From: the human T2T-CHM13v2.0 reference genome, Homo sapiens
NCBI RefSeq assembly: GCF_009914755.1
Contig: NC_060933.1
Reading direction: 5' to 3' (one strand)
DNA: 64,000 nucleotides
How positions within the stretch are numbered: position 1 is the stretch's first letter; each line of letters opens with the position of its first letter. This document shows, piece after piece, positions 12,080-28,244 of this stretch. The translations under genes and the position numbers were made by a program. The notes below the pieces were generated by a model. That model made no database searches, was not told the DNA's origin, and saw nothing but the letters and a program-made list of their open reading frames with translations.

Positions 12080-12617
12080 ACTACCATTGTCTCAGTGTTT
12101 GTGTCTATACGTAAGAGTATCTTTTCCCTCCTCCACATGGAACAAAAATGCTGGGAGACGTTTCTCTGTCAGTCTCATACTGGGATTCATACCTGTCTTG
12201 CTGAGTATGCCAAGAATGCAAGACTTCGACCACTCTTTGTCTGGGCTATTTCTCAGAGTTATGTATGCAGCAAGCAATCTCAAGGGATGAAGTGACATCT
12301 TCCTCTGGAATAAACAGCAGGCTTTCTTACTTCTTGCTATAAAATAGCAGGTTCTCCAAGTTCAGTGGTCCTCTCCTATAATGCAACTGACTACATCTAT
12401 AGGTAACCACCTGGCCTCTGCATCTGCCTGTGGGAACTGGAGCTCACAGAACTGACAATGTGCTGACACTCTGGCTAATGCTCTTTCTCTGAGTAATAAA
12501 GCCTTTATCTCTGAACCAGGATCCCTATGTCCTTTGTCAGCAACCATGAAACAGTGGCAATGTAACTTGTTACCTTGCAAATAGGATAAAATCTCAGATT
12601 CTTCACAAATCTTGATC
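12080..12617 (+). mobile_element. ERVL LTR (MER54/MER74 group)
   Basis: gagtaataaagcc and the terminal aacttgttaccttgcaaataggataaaatctcagattcttcaca. Confidence 0.65.
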
Positions 12618-12999
12618 CAAAAAAAATTGGCTTTTCGATATGGTCTGTAATGGTAGCCCTATGTATCAGTGGTCAGTATTTTGGAGGCACACTTTAAGAT
12701 CACAGGAGGATTCCTGAAGATAATAGAAACATGTCATTTGCATACATTATAGGAATATCGAAGTCAAAAAGGCTGATCTATCATTAATTGGAAGGAAGCA
12801 TTTGCAAATATTTTGAGTTGAAGACTGTTTTGCCTGGCTCAGAGAGCAGAAGTTTCTGACTCTGTTCAATTGCATGAACGGGCAAGAATGTGTGTCAGAA
12901 TGAGAATACAGAGGAATGGAAATGTTGATCGAGTCTGGCTTTTCATCCAAATCTAAAGGGTTCTAAGTGTATGAATCTCTTTTTCTTCAAAGAAATATG

Positions 13000-15900
13000 G
13001 AGGACTTCTACTCATAATCATGACATTAACTGCTACCATACCTTCCCACCCATTGCCATAAGAAAACTAAGCAAAATATGTGAAACAATAGCTGTCACAC
13101 AATGGAGAACAGTCCATGCCAAACTGTGATCTTTAAAAGAAGCTAAACCAATAAGGTCAGTGCTATGATTAACTTGGTTTTCTGTCTTGAGGCACTATCC
13201 AGACTTCAGCGTAGGGTGTGGGAAGCAAAATAGAGCAAAATGGTCTTGCTGAGTTAAAAATACAAAGAATGGCATTCAGGGAGGCTGAAGCTGCTGCTGG
13301 AATTTCTACAGTGGATTGTCAAACAGAAAGGAGTTATATCAAGAAGGAGCTCAAAATATCTACAAAAGGCTCCCCTTGAGTTTCTAGCTTGATAAATTCT
13401 AAGCAGCGCATATATATGGTAAGTTTCCGCAAGTGGACAAAAACCTCTATGGGAAAAGAATAACTTCAAGGAGCTCTAATTTTTCTAAGCTGAACAATTC
13501 CCAGAGATAATATAACATGGAGAAAGTTTATAGTTCCAACAAGTCAGTGTGAGAAGACCTTGTTGAACACTTCAGACATACATCAGAAAACACAGTTTGT
13601 TCACACTTTAGTAGCATATCTAAACTGGACCTGGAATAAAGATTTCTTAGCCATAGCACAACTAAAAATAAGCCTCAGAATAATGAAGCTGACCTATACT
13701 AGGTAATCTGCCTACCTGAGCAAACCTCAATATTCCTTAAAGGAAGGTTACAAAATCCAGACACTTGACGCACAACATTTAGAATGTCCAGCTTCGATAA
13801 CCAAAAAATATATGAAAAATTCCCAAGTACATGGAAATTAAACCACTTCTCATTATCCCAGGGGTCAAAGAAGTAATTACAATAGAAAGTAGTATATATT
13901 TTGAACTGAATAATAATGATGATGCAACATACCAAAATTTGGTTATATAGATAATCCATGCTTAGTGGAAACCTAATGGTTTTAAGAAACTGTATTAGAA
14001 AAAGTAAAAGAATGAAGTTAGTGACCTAGGTTTTCACTATAAGAAGCTGTAACAAAAGAGCAAAGCAAGCCCAAAGAATGTAGAATGAAGAAAATAATAA
14101 AAATAAGACTAGAAATCAATGAAATAAAAAATAGAAAAACTATAGAGAAACGAATACAGCCAAATTTGATTTGTTGAGAAACTAATAAAATTGATAAACC
14201 CCTACCTACGCTGATCAAAGAAAAAAAGAGGAAACATTAATAACAACTATCAGAAAACAAATAGCAGAAATTATTACAAATCTTACAAAATTAAAAGGAT
14301 AACATGCAAATTATGAACAATTTTGCCAATGAATCTGACATCTTTGATGAAATGGAAAATTCCATGAAAGGATATAAAATATCAAATTGAAACAAGAAGA
14401 AAATCTGAAGAGCCCCATATCTATTAAAGAATTGCCATGAATATTCCCATGAATAAAATCTCAAGCCTCAATAAATTCACAGGTGGATTCTATCAAACAT
14501 TTAACAGACAAATAATATCAATTCTACACAAAGCACATCATTCAAAGCAATTAACCAAAGTTATAGAATATTATCATATCAATAGTTTTAAAAAAGTTTG
14601 ACAAAATCCAATGCCTAATAATGATAAAAATTTTCTGCAAACTAAGGATAGAAGGGAATTTCCTGAATCTGAGAAAGATCATCCACAAAAAAATACAACA
14701 AATATTATACTTCATGGTAGCATACTGGACTTTTATCTATAATTTGGAAACTGTCAGGGACAGTTGCTCTCTTTTGCCTTTTCAATAAATTGCTCAATAC
14801 ATTCAATAAATTGTTAAAAGTACAATTCTCACCAAATTGATCAATCTCAATTATAATCGGATCAAGCATTTTTGTAGAAATTGACAACTTAATTATAAAT
14901 GTATACAGAAATGCAAAGGACCAAAAGATCCAGAACAATCATGTCAAAGAAGAACTAAGTTCAAGGACATAGACTATCTGACCTCAAGAGTTACTTTAAA
15001 GGTAATCCAGACAATGCGATATTGGTATAAGGATAATCAAAGGCACAGAATAAAGTTCAAGACTTTTATATGGTCATTTGACTTGAAAATATCTTTTCAG
15101 TAAACATTATTAGAATAGCGGGATATCTGTATGAACTAAAAATAATTCTTGGCCTCATACTTCATATCATATGAAAAATAATTTAGATGAATTACATACC
15201 TAAAATATAAAAGCTAAAGCTAGGAAACTTCTAGAAGGAAACATAGGACAAATCATTTAGTACTGAAAGTAGCAAAGGGTTCTTAGGACACAGAGAGCAA
15301 TAAACAAAGAAGAAGAATGATTAATTAGACTTCAAATTTTAAAACTTCTGCTCAACATAAGACAACATTATGGTAATGAATAAGCAACTACAAAGCATCC
15401 ATAAATTACATATCTGATACAAGCGTGGTATCCTGGATATATACAGAACAACTACTCTATGGACACACAGCCAGTTAGTAACAGGCAAACAATTTGAACT
15501 CATAAGCACATGAAAAAGTGCTTAACATCATTAGACATCAGGAAAATGGAAATTGAAACTGTAATGAGATATAACTCATATCTCATGCAAGAGCAAATTT
15601 TAGCAAGAACGTGGAACAACCAGTACTCTCATTCATTATTTGTTGCTGGGAGTGTAAAATGCTATAACCACTTTGGAAAAAAAATTCTGGCTATTTCCTG
15701 TAAAACTCATCATGCACTTACTCTATGACCCAGGAATTTTACTCTTAGATTTTTGACTCGAGAAATGAAAAAAATATGTATAGAAATATATTGGAATGAG
15801 AATATTTACAGCAGCCATATTCATAATAGACAAAATCTGGAAACAGCCTCAATATCCATCAAAATGAGAATAAACAAATTGTGACTATTACTTAGCAAGA

Positions 15901-16350
15901 AAGATGAACAAATTGCTAATACTTGTAACAACACAGACGAGCCTGAAAACACTATGCTGAGTGACCTTAATAAAGAGAGTATATATTGAATTATTTCATT
16001 TATAGGAAGTTCTAGAAAAGACAAAGCTACTCTATGGTGGGAAAAATATCAGAAGAGTGATGATTACCCCTGGCAGAATGGCAGTGGGGAATGACTGGGA
16101 AAGGGCATGAGGTAATTTTCAGGAACGATAGTGTCTTAAGATTTGTGTACTTCAATGGACAATTTGTAAATTTAACCTCAATAGAAACAAATAAAAATCA
16201 TCAACAAATTTTGAATTCTAATTAATGATATGCACAATATACGGGGGTGAAACATGCTGACTATTAAAATTTACTCTGAAATTCAGAATTAAAGATAAGG
16301 TAGACTGATGGATACAGAGACAGATGTATGGATAGATATATGATAAAGAA
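13000..16350 (+). mobile_element. Ancient L1M/L1ME relic (5' region, ORF2 fragments, 3' UTR)
   Basis: agaaatcaatgaaata...aaaattgataaacccct, tttgtagaaattgacaa, catgaaaaagtgcttaacatcattag, aaaatctggaaacagcc motifs. Confidence 0.75.
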
Positions 16351-16669
16351 AGTTCCTCACTCTGGCTGACTCCAGAGTCAGTTTAGAAATCAGTTTAACT
16401 TCTTTATCCCAAGGTAGTTAATAATAAAAGAGCCTTGGATATTTTAGTTAACCAGAGAAGAATCCATACCATTGCTAGCATTTTACACTGTATGTGGATT
16501 AACACCATATGTGAGATGGAACAACTTATATCTAAGTTAAAGAAATGACACTCAACCATCCAAGGTTGACCCAAGGCACTGTTAGTTCTAATTTTCTTTA
16601 TCAGGCTGGAAATCTTTCAGAGGGTGGTTCAGTACTTTCTTAAAATACTTCTAGTTACACTTTAATTTA

Positions 16670-16855
16670 CTTCTCTGTTGCTTGATTTTTATTGCCCAGA
16701 GTCAAAAAATGCTCAGTAAATGATTCAAAGACAAAAACAGGATGAAATCATTCTGACCACCACTCAAACTGAAAGTCGCATTTCTGCAAACAACCTCATC
16801 TTCAAGGAGAATTGACAACAGTGGTGAAGATCTGGACAACCTTTGGTAGTCTCTC
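16670..16855 (-). other. Candidate non-coding terminal exon (3' UTR) with polyadenylation signal
   Basis: Strong acceptor ccctccttttggtcttccttcatcctaagctgcag|g at 16856; AATAAA on the minus strand at 16693-16688; the 3' end is estimated. Confidence 0.35.
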
Positions 16856-16871
16856 CTGCAGCTTAGGATGA

Positions 16872-18885
<2,014 letters not shown>

Positions 18886-19334
18886 AAGAATAAAAACATT
18901 CTCATACTCTAGGAAAAGATTGATTTTTCTCTAGCTATGGTATCAAGTAAGTACCAAGACCAGCTTAAAATCATTTCATCAATGCATGAGAATTGACTGG
19001 TATCAGGAAACATGCTTCAAAAGCCAACTAATCAGTAACCACTGAAAGTGAGAAGAATCAGGAGATTCTTCTTTGGATAAGACAGAGGGCCTGGATATGC
19101 ACAAAACTTACCAGCATGAGACTCAACCTTCAGTAAAGCACTGCTGTACCCCAGAGTCATCAAGATGGACTCCTTCCACACACAGCAACACTCAGTGTCT
19201 CTGTTGAGTAAGCATTTAAAGACACAGACGCCACTGGCTATAAAGAGTAAAAAAAAAAAAAAAAAAAAAAGGATTAGATAAACTCACTTTGGCCTTCGTA
19301 AAAAGTATTCACAAGTGTCATTCCTACTTTTCTC

Positions 19335-19379
19335 TCATGTTCCCAAGATTCCACTTCCGTCTTCTTGATATAATGCCTC
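19335..19379 (-). CDS. Candidate exon G, coding part (exon 19288-19379, 92 nt): EALYQEDGSGILGT-stop
   Basis: atttttctcatctctgattctcatattcacatatgtctag|gaggca...ggccaaa|gtgagt; TGA at 19337-19335, 47 nt before the donor. Confidence 0.45.
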   Translation of the reverse strand, partial: EALYQEDGSGILGT

Positions 19380-19689
19380 CTAGACATATGTGAATATGAG
19401 AATCAGAGATGAGAAAAATCTAATCATGGCCAAATACCAATTCTCTGCATGTGGATCAGTGCAAAGCTCAACACTGACTCCTATTTATTGGCTCTTGCCT
19501 ATATGTCCAGGGCCCCATTGCCCACAATTCTTACATTGCCCAAGTCAATTGTGTGTCTCTTGACAGCATCCCAGGAGAGTTCAGTCTATGTCTCAAAGAC
19601 ATTCTCGATCACCTGTTATTTGCCAGAGCTATCACAACAAATCTCCATTGTGTTATCATTGCCAAGGTTCCTAGTGAAGGCAAGGCAGA

Positions 19690-20172
19690 GAGTTTAGGCC
19701 CAAATATGCACAGCTAGTAAGTGGCAGAACTGGAATTCAAACCTAGGTATTGTTAAAAGAAAAACTTTAAACAAATTAAATCCAACAGTGTTTAATTAAG
19801 CAAGGAATCCTTCATGAATCAGACAATTCCAAAACTAGAATAGGTTCAGAGCCACTGTGGCTCTGTGATGTGGTTGGGCAGGATTTACTGACAGAAAACA
19901 GCAAAGTGATGTACAGAGAAAGGAACGAAGTGAGGTGCATCAACAGCTGGATTGATTCGAGCTTGGCTTTGGTCTTATCTGAATAGTTGGTCGCCTGTGA
20001 CTGGCTGAAACTTGGTGGTTGGTACAAGAGTAGATTACAGTCTGTTCACACATCCCGTTACGTTACAATTCACTATGTCCAGAGAAACCTTTAGGCTGAA
20101 TTTACAAGGAGGCAGCTTTAGGCTAAACTGAACAGTATTTGACTCCAAAGTTCATGTTCCTTCTACCACAAT
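19690..20172 (-). mobile_element. MIR fragment split by an LTR
   Basis: agtaagtggcagaactggaattcaaacctaggtat | ttgactccaaagttcatg rejoin when the LTR is removed. Confidence 0.7.
19751..20134 (-). mobile_element. MER57-family solo LTR with 4-bp TSD (GTAT)
   Basis: TG...CA termini; gtat at 19747-19750 and 20135-20138; tttaggctgaa / tttaggctaaa end motifs. Confidence 0.8.
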
Positions 20173-20261
20173 GTGCCGATGAAATCATGATAAAGACAGA
20201 GCTTAGATAGCTGAGAACTAACTTGCTAAACCTCCTTTTACAGGTTAGACAGGCATTTAGC

Positions 20262-20472
20262 ATAGTGTGATGTAGTGTGGTGGAAACAGCAATGAACTTG
20301 GGGCTTTACTTTTACCTTTGAACTTCAATTACCTAATCACACTGAGTCATATTTTTTAATCAATCATGTAAAATGAAAATATTGGTGCTTATTTCATAGG
20401 CTTTGGTGAAGACTGAATAATAAAGGTAAAATAATTTCTAAACAACTATTAAAATAATAAGGGATTATTATT
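20262..20472 (+). mobile_element. MIR
   Basis: gtagtgtggtggaaacagc...catgtaaaatgaaaat. Confidence 0.6.
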
Positions 20473-20500
20473 ATTTCATTCATTTTTAAGATAGATTCTT

Positions 20501-20884
<384 letters not shown>

Positions 20885-21897
20885 TAAAATTCTACTGCTA
20901 CACAATGAGCATATGCACCTTCATTCTCACACACTCAACACACACACACATACACAGAGTTAAGATGACCAAATATTTTCAAATGCTTTCATCTGTTACT
21001 TCAAGTGAACGAGTATCTCTTGATGAAATCATTCACAAATATTTTTCACAAAATGTCTTGGCTGGTTAAATAGTGCAGAGTTTTGAAAACATTTTCCTGG
21101 CATCAAACATGATTACAGGTTTAAGTATTACAGCCCAGTCAATGTCTCAAAGGCAACATTGCCTCCTCTCAGGGAAGTAACTGTGGATGCAGAAGCAGAA
21201 GAAGGGACTTTGGGGCTCTTCTAAGTATGTTCTCTTGAAATCATAAGAAATATTTTTGAAGAAATTAGAATTTTTAGCATTTTGCCAACTGTTCCTCCTA
21301 TGTTTTAGAAGTAGAATAAGATAAAGAAGGGAGGCGGGTTCTAGGCTCCTGCTGTGCCTTGTACATACATGACTATTGTAGTCTGTAAGCTCTTTGCTGG
21401 CAGTAGTAATTTTACTTTATTTTCAGAAACAATGCTTTTTTTTCTGAGTCAAAACTAAAGCACAGTGCCTGATACTTAACAGATATTTGTTGAATCAGTA
21501 AAAGCATTTCTCCAGGTATTGGTACCATCCCAGAAGAGATAAAAACCTTCAAAATTTATCTGGTTCAATTTTCTTTATCCAGAAAGGCTCAGAATTTTTG
21601 TTTTGTAGTTGTTTGTTTTGTTGTGATTTGATTAAAATATAAATTGAGTTTTTTCCCTATCTTTATAAATTGTAAAATGTCTATCTATATATTATTCTCT
21701 TTTTTCACCTCTCCCTGTCCTCTGTTAACATATGGGTGGAGAAGGTATTTTCAAGCATGCCATAAAATCCAGGAAATACAAGTAACTACTCAACAAAAAT
21801 TTAAAATATACTTATGTAAAAAAAATTTAAATACTTTAAACAAAATTGAAAAACAGTGATAAGCTGGGAAAATATTTTCAACATGTATAAAGACTTA

Positions 21898-22275
<378 letters not shown>

Positions 22276-22743
22276 CTAGAAAAATGCTAATAGCAAAAAC
22301 AGTGAAAAAACAATCTCAGTAATAATAAATTTTAAAAATGAAGTCTTTTTATCTCATTAAAATTTTAAAAATATATTGATAATATCAAATGTTGGAGAGG
22401 ATATAAGAAAACAGTGAATGACTATTATTGGAACTGTACATTTCTGTATTTCTGGAATGTATTCTGCCCTTATGAATCAAAATTTAAAATTTATATATTC
22501 TTTGCTAGACATTCTACTTATCATTATTTCTTCCAGGCTGTACTTTTTCGAGTGTGGATGGATGCATATTCAAGGATGTTCTTAGAGTTGTTTACTACTA
22601 GAAAATTCAAAGAAGCTGAGTCCATCACTTAACACAGTTGGTTAAACCGAATACAGTATACCTCCATGTTCAGGTTGCAGACAGCATTTATCTATCTTAG
22701 TAACAATTTAATTTTGTGTTTATCTTCACAGAAAGCTGTTTAA

Positions 22744-23050
22744 GGCCAGGCACCGTGGCTCACACCTGTAACCCCAGCATTTTGGGAGGCCGAGGCAGGC
22801 GGATCACCTGAGATCAGGAGTTCAAGACCAGCCTGGCCAACATGGCGAAACCCTGTCTCCATAAAAATACAAAAATTAGCCGGACATGATGGTGGGTGCC
22901 TGTAGTCCCAGCCACTCGGGAGGCTGAGGCAGGAAATCGCTTGAATATGGGAGGCGGAGGTTGCAGTGAGCCGAGATCGAGCCATTGATTGAACTCCAGC
23001 CTGGGCGACAGAGCGAGACTCTGTCTCGAAAAGGAAAAAAAGAAAAGAAA
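22744..23050 (+). mobile_element. AluSx
   Basis: Full dimer; TSD agaaagctgttt. Confidence 0.95.
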
Positions 23051-23080
23051 AGAAAGCTGTTTTAAAAGATACTCACCAAA

Positions 23081-23306
23081 GTGGGACTTGAACAGTGAAA
23101 ACACATGGACACAGGGAGGGGAATATCACACACCAGGGCCTGTCAGGGGGTGGGGGACTAGGGAAGGGATATCATTAGGAGAAATACCTAATGTAGATGA
23201 CGGGTTGATGGGTGCAGCAAACCACCGTGGCACGTGTTTGCCTATGTAACAAACCTGCACGTTCTGCACATGTACCCCAGAACTTAAAGTATAATAGTAA
23301 TAATAA
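23081..23306 (+). mobile_element. L1PA7-like 3' end
   Basis: gtagatgacgggttgatgggtgcagcaaaccacc; TSD aaaagatact(c/g)accaaa. Confidence 0.9.
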
Positions 23307-23614
23307 AAAAGATACTGACCAAAATGTCAACAGTGGTTCCCTCTTGATGGAGAGATTTGGGGTCATTTTAATTTTTCCTTCTATACAGTTCTGTCTTGTT
23401 TGAAATTTCTAAGTGACTACTTATTTTTACAATCAGAAAAAAAAAATGAGAAAACTATTTTCATTTGGTAAAAAGCAATCAAACAAAAAACAAACTACCA
23501 TTTAGGGCATTTCACCAGTGTCATTCTTTTAATTTTTTCATTTATTAGATATTCATTGGTACTTCACTTAAACATATTTATTAAGGAATTACTGCATCCA
23601 ATATTACTATTATT

Positions 23615-23881
23615 CTGAAGTGTGGTAGCAGGATCACAGCTCACTGCACCTCCCATTCCTGTGCTGAAGCCATCCTCCCACCTCAGCCTCCTGAGTAGCG
23701 GGGACTACAGGCACACATCGCCTTGCCTGGCTAATTGTTTTTGAATTTTTTTTTTTTTTTTGGCAGAGATGGGGTTTCACCATGTTGCCCGGGCTGCTGT
23801 CCAACTCCTGGGCTCAAGTGATCGGCCTACCCCAACCTCTCAAAGTACTGGGAATACAGGTGTGAGCCACCATGCCTGGCC
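23615..23881 (-). mobile_element. AluJ lacking its 3' end and tail
   Basis: gatcacagctcactgca...ctcctgggctcaagtgatc. Confidence 0.9.
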
Positions 23882-25684
23882 TAATTCCCATTTTTAATTC
23901 TCCCTAAGAACGAACCCCTTCCCATGTATTTTGCTAATCGTATAACTTCTTGTGTTATATATTTTTTTCTGTCCTGTACTAACCAGGTTAATACATAAAA
24001 CAAACATTCTAAATGATTTCTGTTAACTAATGGAATCAAGATTAAAGTGCAGCTATTTTAAGGGAAAATGTATTATCAAATGAGAAATGTATCTTCTTTA
24101 GTTAAAAAATTTACATTAGAAAAATGAAATATGATTTAAAAATTATTGCAGAACACACATAAATCCAACAACAAGACACGCCACAACCCTGATGGAGAAT
24201 GAAGTGGTGGGGACTCTCTCCCAGGTGCCTTAGGCTGAGGCTCAGGGCAACTATCTTTCTATGACTTTATTATTGCTGCTACTAGTATGAATAACCATGA
24301 ATAACTACATTTGCAGAACACTCTGACTCCCTTTCACAATCATCTCATTTCATCTTTTCGGTGGCCCAATTGGCTGACTGCCTCTGTATATTTACTATCA
24401 TTTTACTTTTGAACTTTGCTTCCATCAGCAGCACTCTGCTACTTCTTCAAAGGGCAAGGCCTGAGCTGCCAAGTAGCAGCAAAGGAACAAGCAGAAAAAG
24501 TCCATGTGCACAGAACGTAGTCAGCTTCAGGAAAGCCCAGAGCCTTGATGAAAAATCACATTTGCCCAGAGGTCTCTCAAAGAAAATTATAATGATGGTG
24601 ACTCCAGACCCCTTACTCTACCCTCTCCCTCAGTCTCATCTTACAAAACTTCCAAAGGCACACCAAGAAATCCAGGATTCACTCATTTTACAAGTGCAGA
24701 TGAGTAACCACAGAAAATGCCACGGGGTAAGGTCAAGAGTATTGTCCTTGCTTCTCTTAACCAACATTTCTCTACTTTTTAAATATATACTCCTTTCCTT
24801 TCAGCCTATACAAATGCAAAAGTCCAATCTTCATAGGAAAACTACAACACTAGTTGACCAAGAATATTAGATATCAGGCAAAGTCTAGAACAGGGGTTCT
24901 ACAAAATATTTTTATTCATAAATTATTACACAAAACAGAACAGAATTCATTACCTAATAACACGGTATAGATGCAAACTCTATGCTAAGTGACCCTTTTA
25001 ATATTTCCCTATCTAGAAATAGGAAGTTAGTCTACCTAAGGACTGTATTTCCTAGAAATCGGTAACTAAAAATAATTACATAGGCAGTACTTATACAGAT
25101 GGATTAAAGTATATAGATAACTGTGCAGTTATTATTTTTAATAAACAACCACAGAAAATGAATGAAAAGAAAGATTTGTTCCATAATCCAAAAAGAAAGA
25201 AACTTCCATAATGCATGATTCAACTCCCAAAAATCCTAATATTAAAATTAGCTATCAATACTAATCATATTACACAGTTTTTTATGAGAGGTGACAAAAA
25301 GAGTAATAAATTGCATATTCACAGCTTCTTTCACTCCTCTACCTAGTAAGCAGAATTTTGTTTCTAAGATTAGATTTTAGGTTTTTTTGTTTGTTTTTTT
25401 GCTGAAGTGATGATAGTGAAGAAAAACTGAAAATGGATTGAAAGGGGCCAAAAGTTAATAGCAGAAGAGAAATGAAGAGAATGGAAAAATAAACCAGAAA
25501 AGAAAGATTTGGAAGAGGTTTTAGAGTTGAGACAAGAGGTTGAGCCAAATATGAGATTACCACAAGAGATGGAAAGAGGGCTTTTAAAGAGCATATGTCA
25601 ATCTCAAAATACAGATACTAATAATATCGCCACCAATTACGAGTACTGAAATGGTTGTTTGGCTTTGTTATTGGTTTGGTTTGG

Positions 25685-26144
25685 GAGATTATTTAGGTGA
25701 GTTTGAGGTAAACTCATGAGTCCTTTAAATCTGAGTCTATAGGTTAAATACAGGAAGTCAGAGGTTTCAAGTATGAGAAGAATTCAGCATGTTGTTGCAG
25801 GCTTGAAGACAGAGGGAACAAGGAATGTGGGTGGCCTTTAGATGGTGAGAGCAACCCCAGCTAACACCCAGAAAGGAAATGGAACTTCAGTCTTATAATC
25901 ACAAGGAACTGAATTCAGCTAAGCACAAGATGAGCTGGGAAGCAGATTTTTTTTTTTCTCAGAACCTCCAGACTAGAGCTCAATCCAGCCAGAACATTGA
26001 ATTCAGCCTTCTGAAACCCTGCAGAGAATTCAGCTACATTTTGCTAGACTTCTGACGTACTGAAACTGTGAGCTAATATTGGGGTATTATTTTAAGCCAC
26101 TAAGATTGGGGTAGTCTGTTCAGCAGCAGTAAAAATCTGGTACA
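25685..26144 (+). mobile_element. MLT1D/E MaLR LTR
   Basis: cacaaggaactgaattc...ttttaagccactaag...cagcagcagtaaaaatctggtaca. Confidence 0.8.
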
Positions 26145-26199
26145 GGCAGTTAGTCACCAGATTACCTTACAGTGAAGCCTAGAAGTCATACCAATAATC

Positions 26200-27680
26200 A
26201 AAACTTCAAAACTGCTTCTTAGAACCTCACATCAAAATGAATGATCAACCAAAGTATACTACCTCTTTGAGGAAAGCCTCCAAAATGAAAAGAAAAGCAA
26301 AAACAGAAACAGAACTTCAAGGAGACAGGATCAAACAGAAAACAGTAGAGAAAATTTAATATAATTAATATAGAAGCCTTTTTCGTTCAACAGTTGTTTA
26401 TTAAGCACCTGCTAAGTGTCAGGTAGCATTTTAGAAGCTAAGAAATCAGGAAAAAATATTGTGTTAATAAACTACCAACAGAATGCTATGAAAAAGAAAC
26501 AAAGCACAAGAAAAACAGTGAATTTTTAAATGTAGCTGAAATAAAACATTCAATAGAAGAATTAAATGGTAAGTCAAGAAAATCACCTAAAAAGTAATAG
26601 AACAAGAAGAAAAATGACAAAAAAAAAGATGAGAGAAAAGAGAAGAACATTAAAGACTTACTTTTGATGTTCCACTATTCAACCAATAGAAGTTCATTCA
26701 TTCATTCAGAATGAATGAACAGACAAAGCAGAGGGGAAGAATTTAGCAAAGAAACCAGGAATTTTTCAGAAATCAAGGACACATGTCTCCATATGATAAA
26801 GACTCCTCAAGTATCTAGATCAGTGAATGAAAAATTACATATACCAAGGCAAATTGTTGTGAAGTTCAGAGCATCAGAGATAAAATTAAAATCCTAAAAG
26901 CCTCCAGAGGAAGAAAAAAGAAAATAGGGCACAGATGAAAGAAATGAAATAGAGTGACAGCGGACTTCTATAGTGACCCTGGAGGCTTGAGGTAAATTGA
27001 AGAATTTCTTTAAAATCATAGGGTAAAATAATTTTCTATACCTAATTAGCCAATCAATCATGCAAAGGTAGGATAATATATTTCCAGGCATAAAATAATT
27101 CAAATGGTTTACCTCCCAAGAACCTTTTATTAGGAAACTACTGGAGAACATCCCAGTAATAATAACCAATACAGAGAAGTAAGTGGAAAAAACAGAGAGA
27201 AGGTTTTTCTCTAATATCCAGTATGAGAAATGAATAATGGAAAGTATCCTGATGACAGCCATGTCACAGGTCGAAGCTTTAAACAAAAAATGTTTGCAAG
27301 ATAGGAAATTTCGCAGCTGCAATGAAGGATATCTGCATAAGTGCACAAATATTACAATAAAACCATACTGGAAAGGGGCAGGAAGAGAAGTGAGGCTATG
27401 AGGATTCTGTGAGGGTGTTGAATTTTCACCCACCAGAGTCATTAGGGAATGTCCAACACTGATAAATCAACAAATATCATCATATTCTTTAGAAAATGGA
27501 GTCAACACTAGAAAAAAAGAAAACAGCTAGTTTAGCTAAAAATGGTTGCCTCTAGGGAGTGAACTCAGGAGAAGTGATGGTTCAAAGAACTTCCATTTTT
27601 CATTATAAGCTCTAAAGTCCTATTTGATTTTTAATTACGTGTATGTGTTATTTTGAAAAAACAATTTAAATTAATAATAA
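26200..27680 (+). mobile_element. HAL1 / ancient L1 ORF1 relic
   Basis: ORF1-like HIPRQIVVKFRAS (26715-26897); tttacctcccaagaaccttttattaggaaactactggag; 3' motif atggttgcctctaggga. Confidence 0.7.
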
Positions 27681-27687
27681 ATAACAT

Positions 27688-27912
27688 CTACTTAGTGCTT
27701 ACTTTATGCTAAACACAGTGCAAGACCCTTCATGTACATAATCTCATGTAATCCTGAAACCCCTCTGAAATGGGAAATGTTACTCCATTTTTTTATAGAC
27801 TGCGGATCTGAAGTATCCAGAGATTAATCTCCCAGCCCGGGATTACACAGCTGCTAGTGGATCCATGATTTAAACCCAGGAAGCTTCACTCCAGAGGCCA
27901 CATTCTTAACAA
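27688..27912 (-). mobile_element. MIR
   Basis: atctcatgtaatcct...tactccatttt...gatttaaacccagg. Confidence 0.7.
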
Positions 27913-28028
27913 GTGTAGGGAGAGAAGGTAGAGAACTAAGTGGATGCGTTTGCATAGAGGTCAAGATGCATTTTGAAGAGAAAAGCCTTGAACCCCCAGA
28001 CTCTATTCTTTTTGAAATGCTATATTAC

Positions 28029-28062
28029 CATAATGATTTGCTGGACGAAGGTGGGCAGATTC
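28029..28062 (-). CDS. Candidate micro-exon F (34 nt, phase 2-0): (L)NLPTFVQQIIM
   Basis: ggcttttcctgtcaaag|gaatct...attatg|gtaata. Confidence 0.4.
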
Positions 28063-28244
28063 CTTTGACAGGAAAAGCCAGTGAATTCTCCACTGAGAAA
28101 TTCACCATGAGGAAAGGGAGAGTCTGGACCAGGAGCGTGGGTTCAATAGCAGATTGTGGGGTTTGGCGGTATTCTGATTCTGGCACAGTTTGGCTGAATC
28201 TGGAAGCTTCTTTATGTCTGATACCCAGGCATAGTACTGAGCAG

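Noticed and set aside
24361-24870. 169-aa ORF
   Set aside because: GTG start, no recognisable domain, and it overlaps MIR-like sequence; probably chance.
25036-25065. Another 30-nt AG..GT segment on the minus strand (ttatttttag|ttaccg...ccttag|gtagac)
   Set aside because: Weaker donor, and in the chain's frame it ends in TAG. It could be an alternative exon or indicate another frame; left out, and it illustrates the selection risk in the exon chain.
26692-26720. 12-bp inverted repeat gttcattcattc / gaatgaatgaac
   Set aside because: Low-complexity (TTCA)n symmetry; nothing suggests function.
26894-27442. 182-aa hydrophobic ORF on the minus strand
   Set aside because: Antisense reading of an A-rich HAL1/L1 ORF1 relic.
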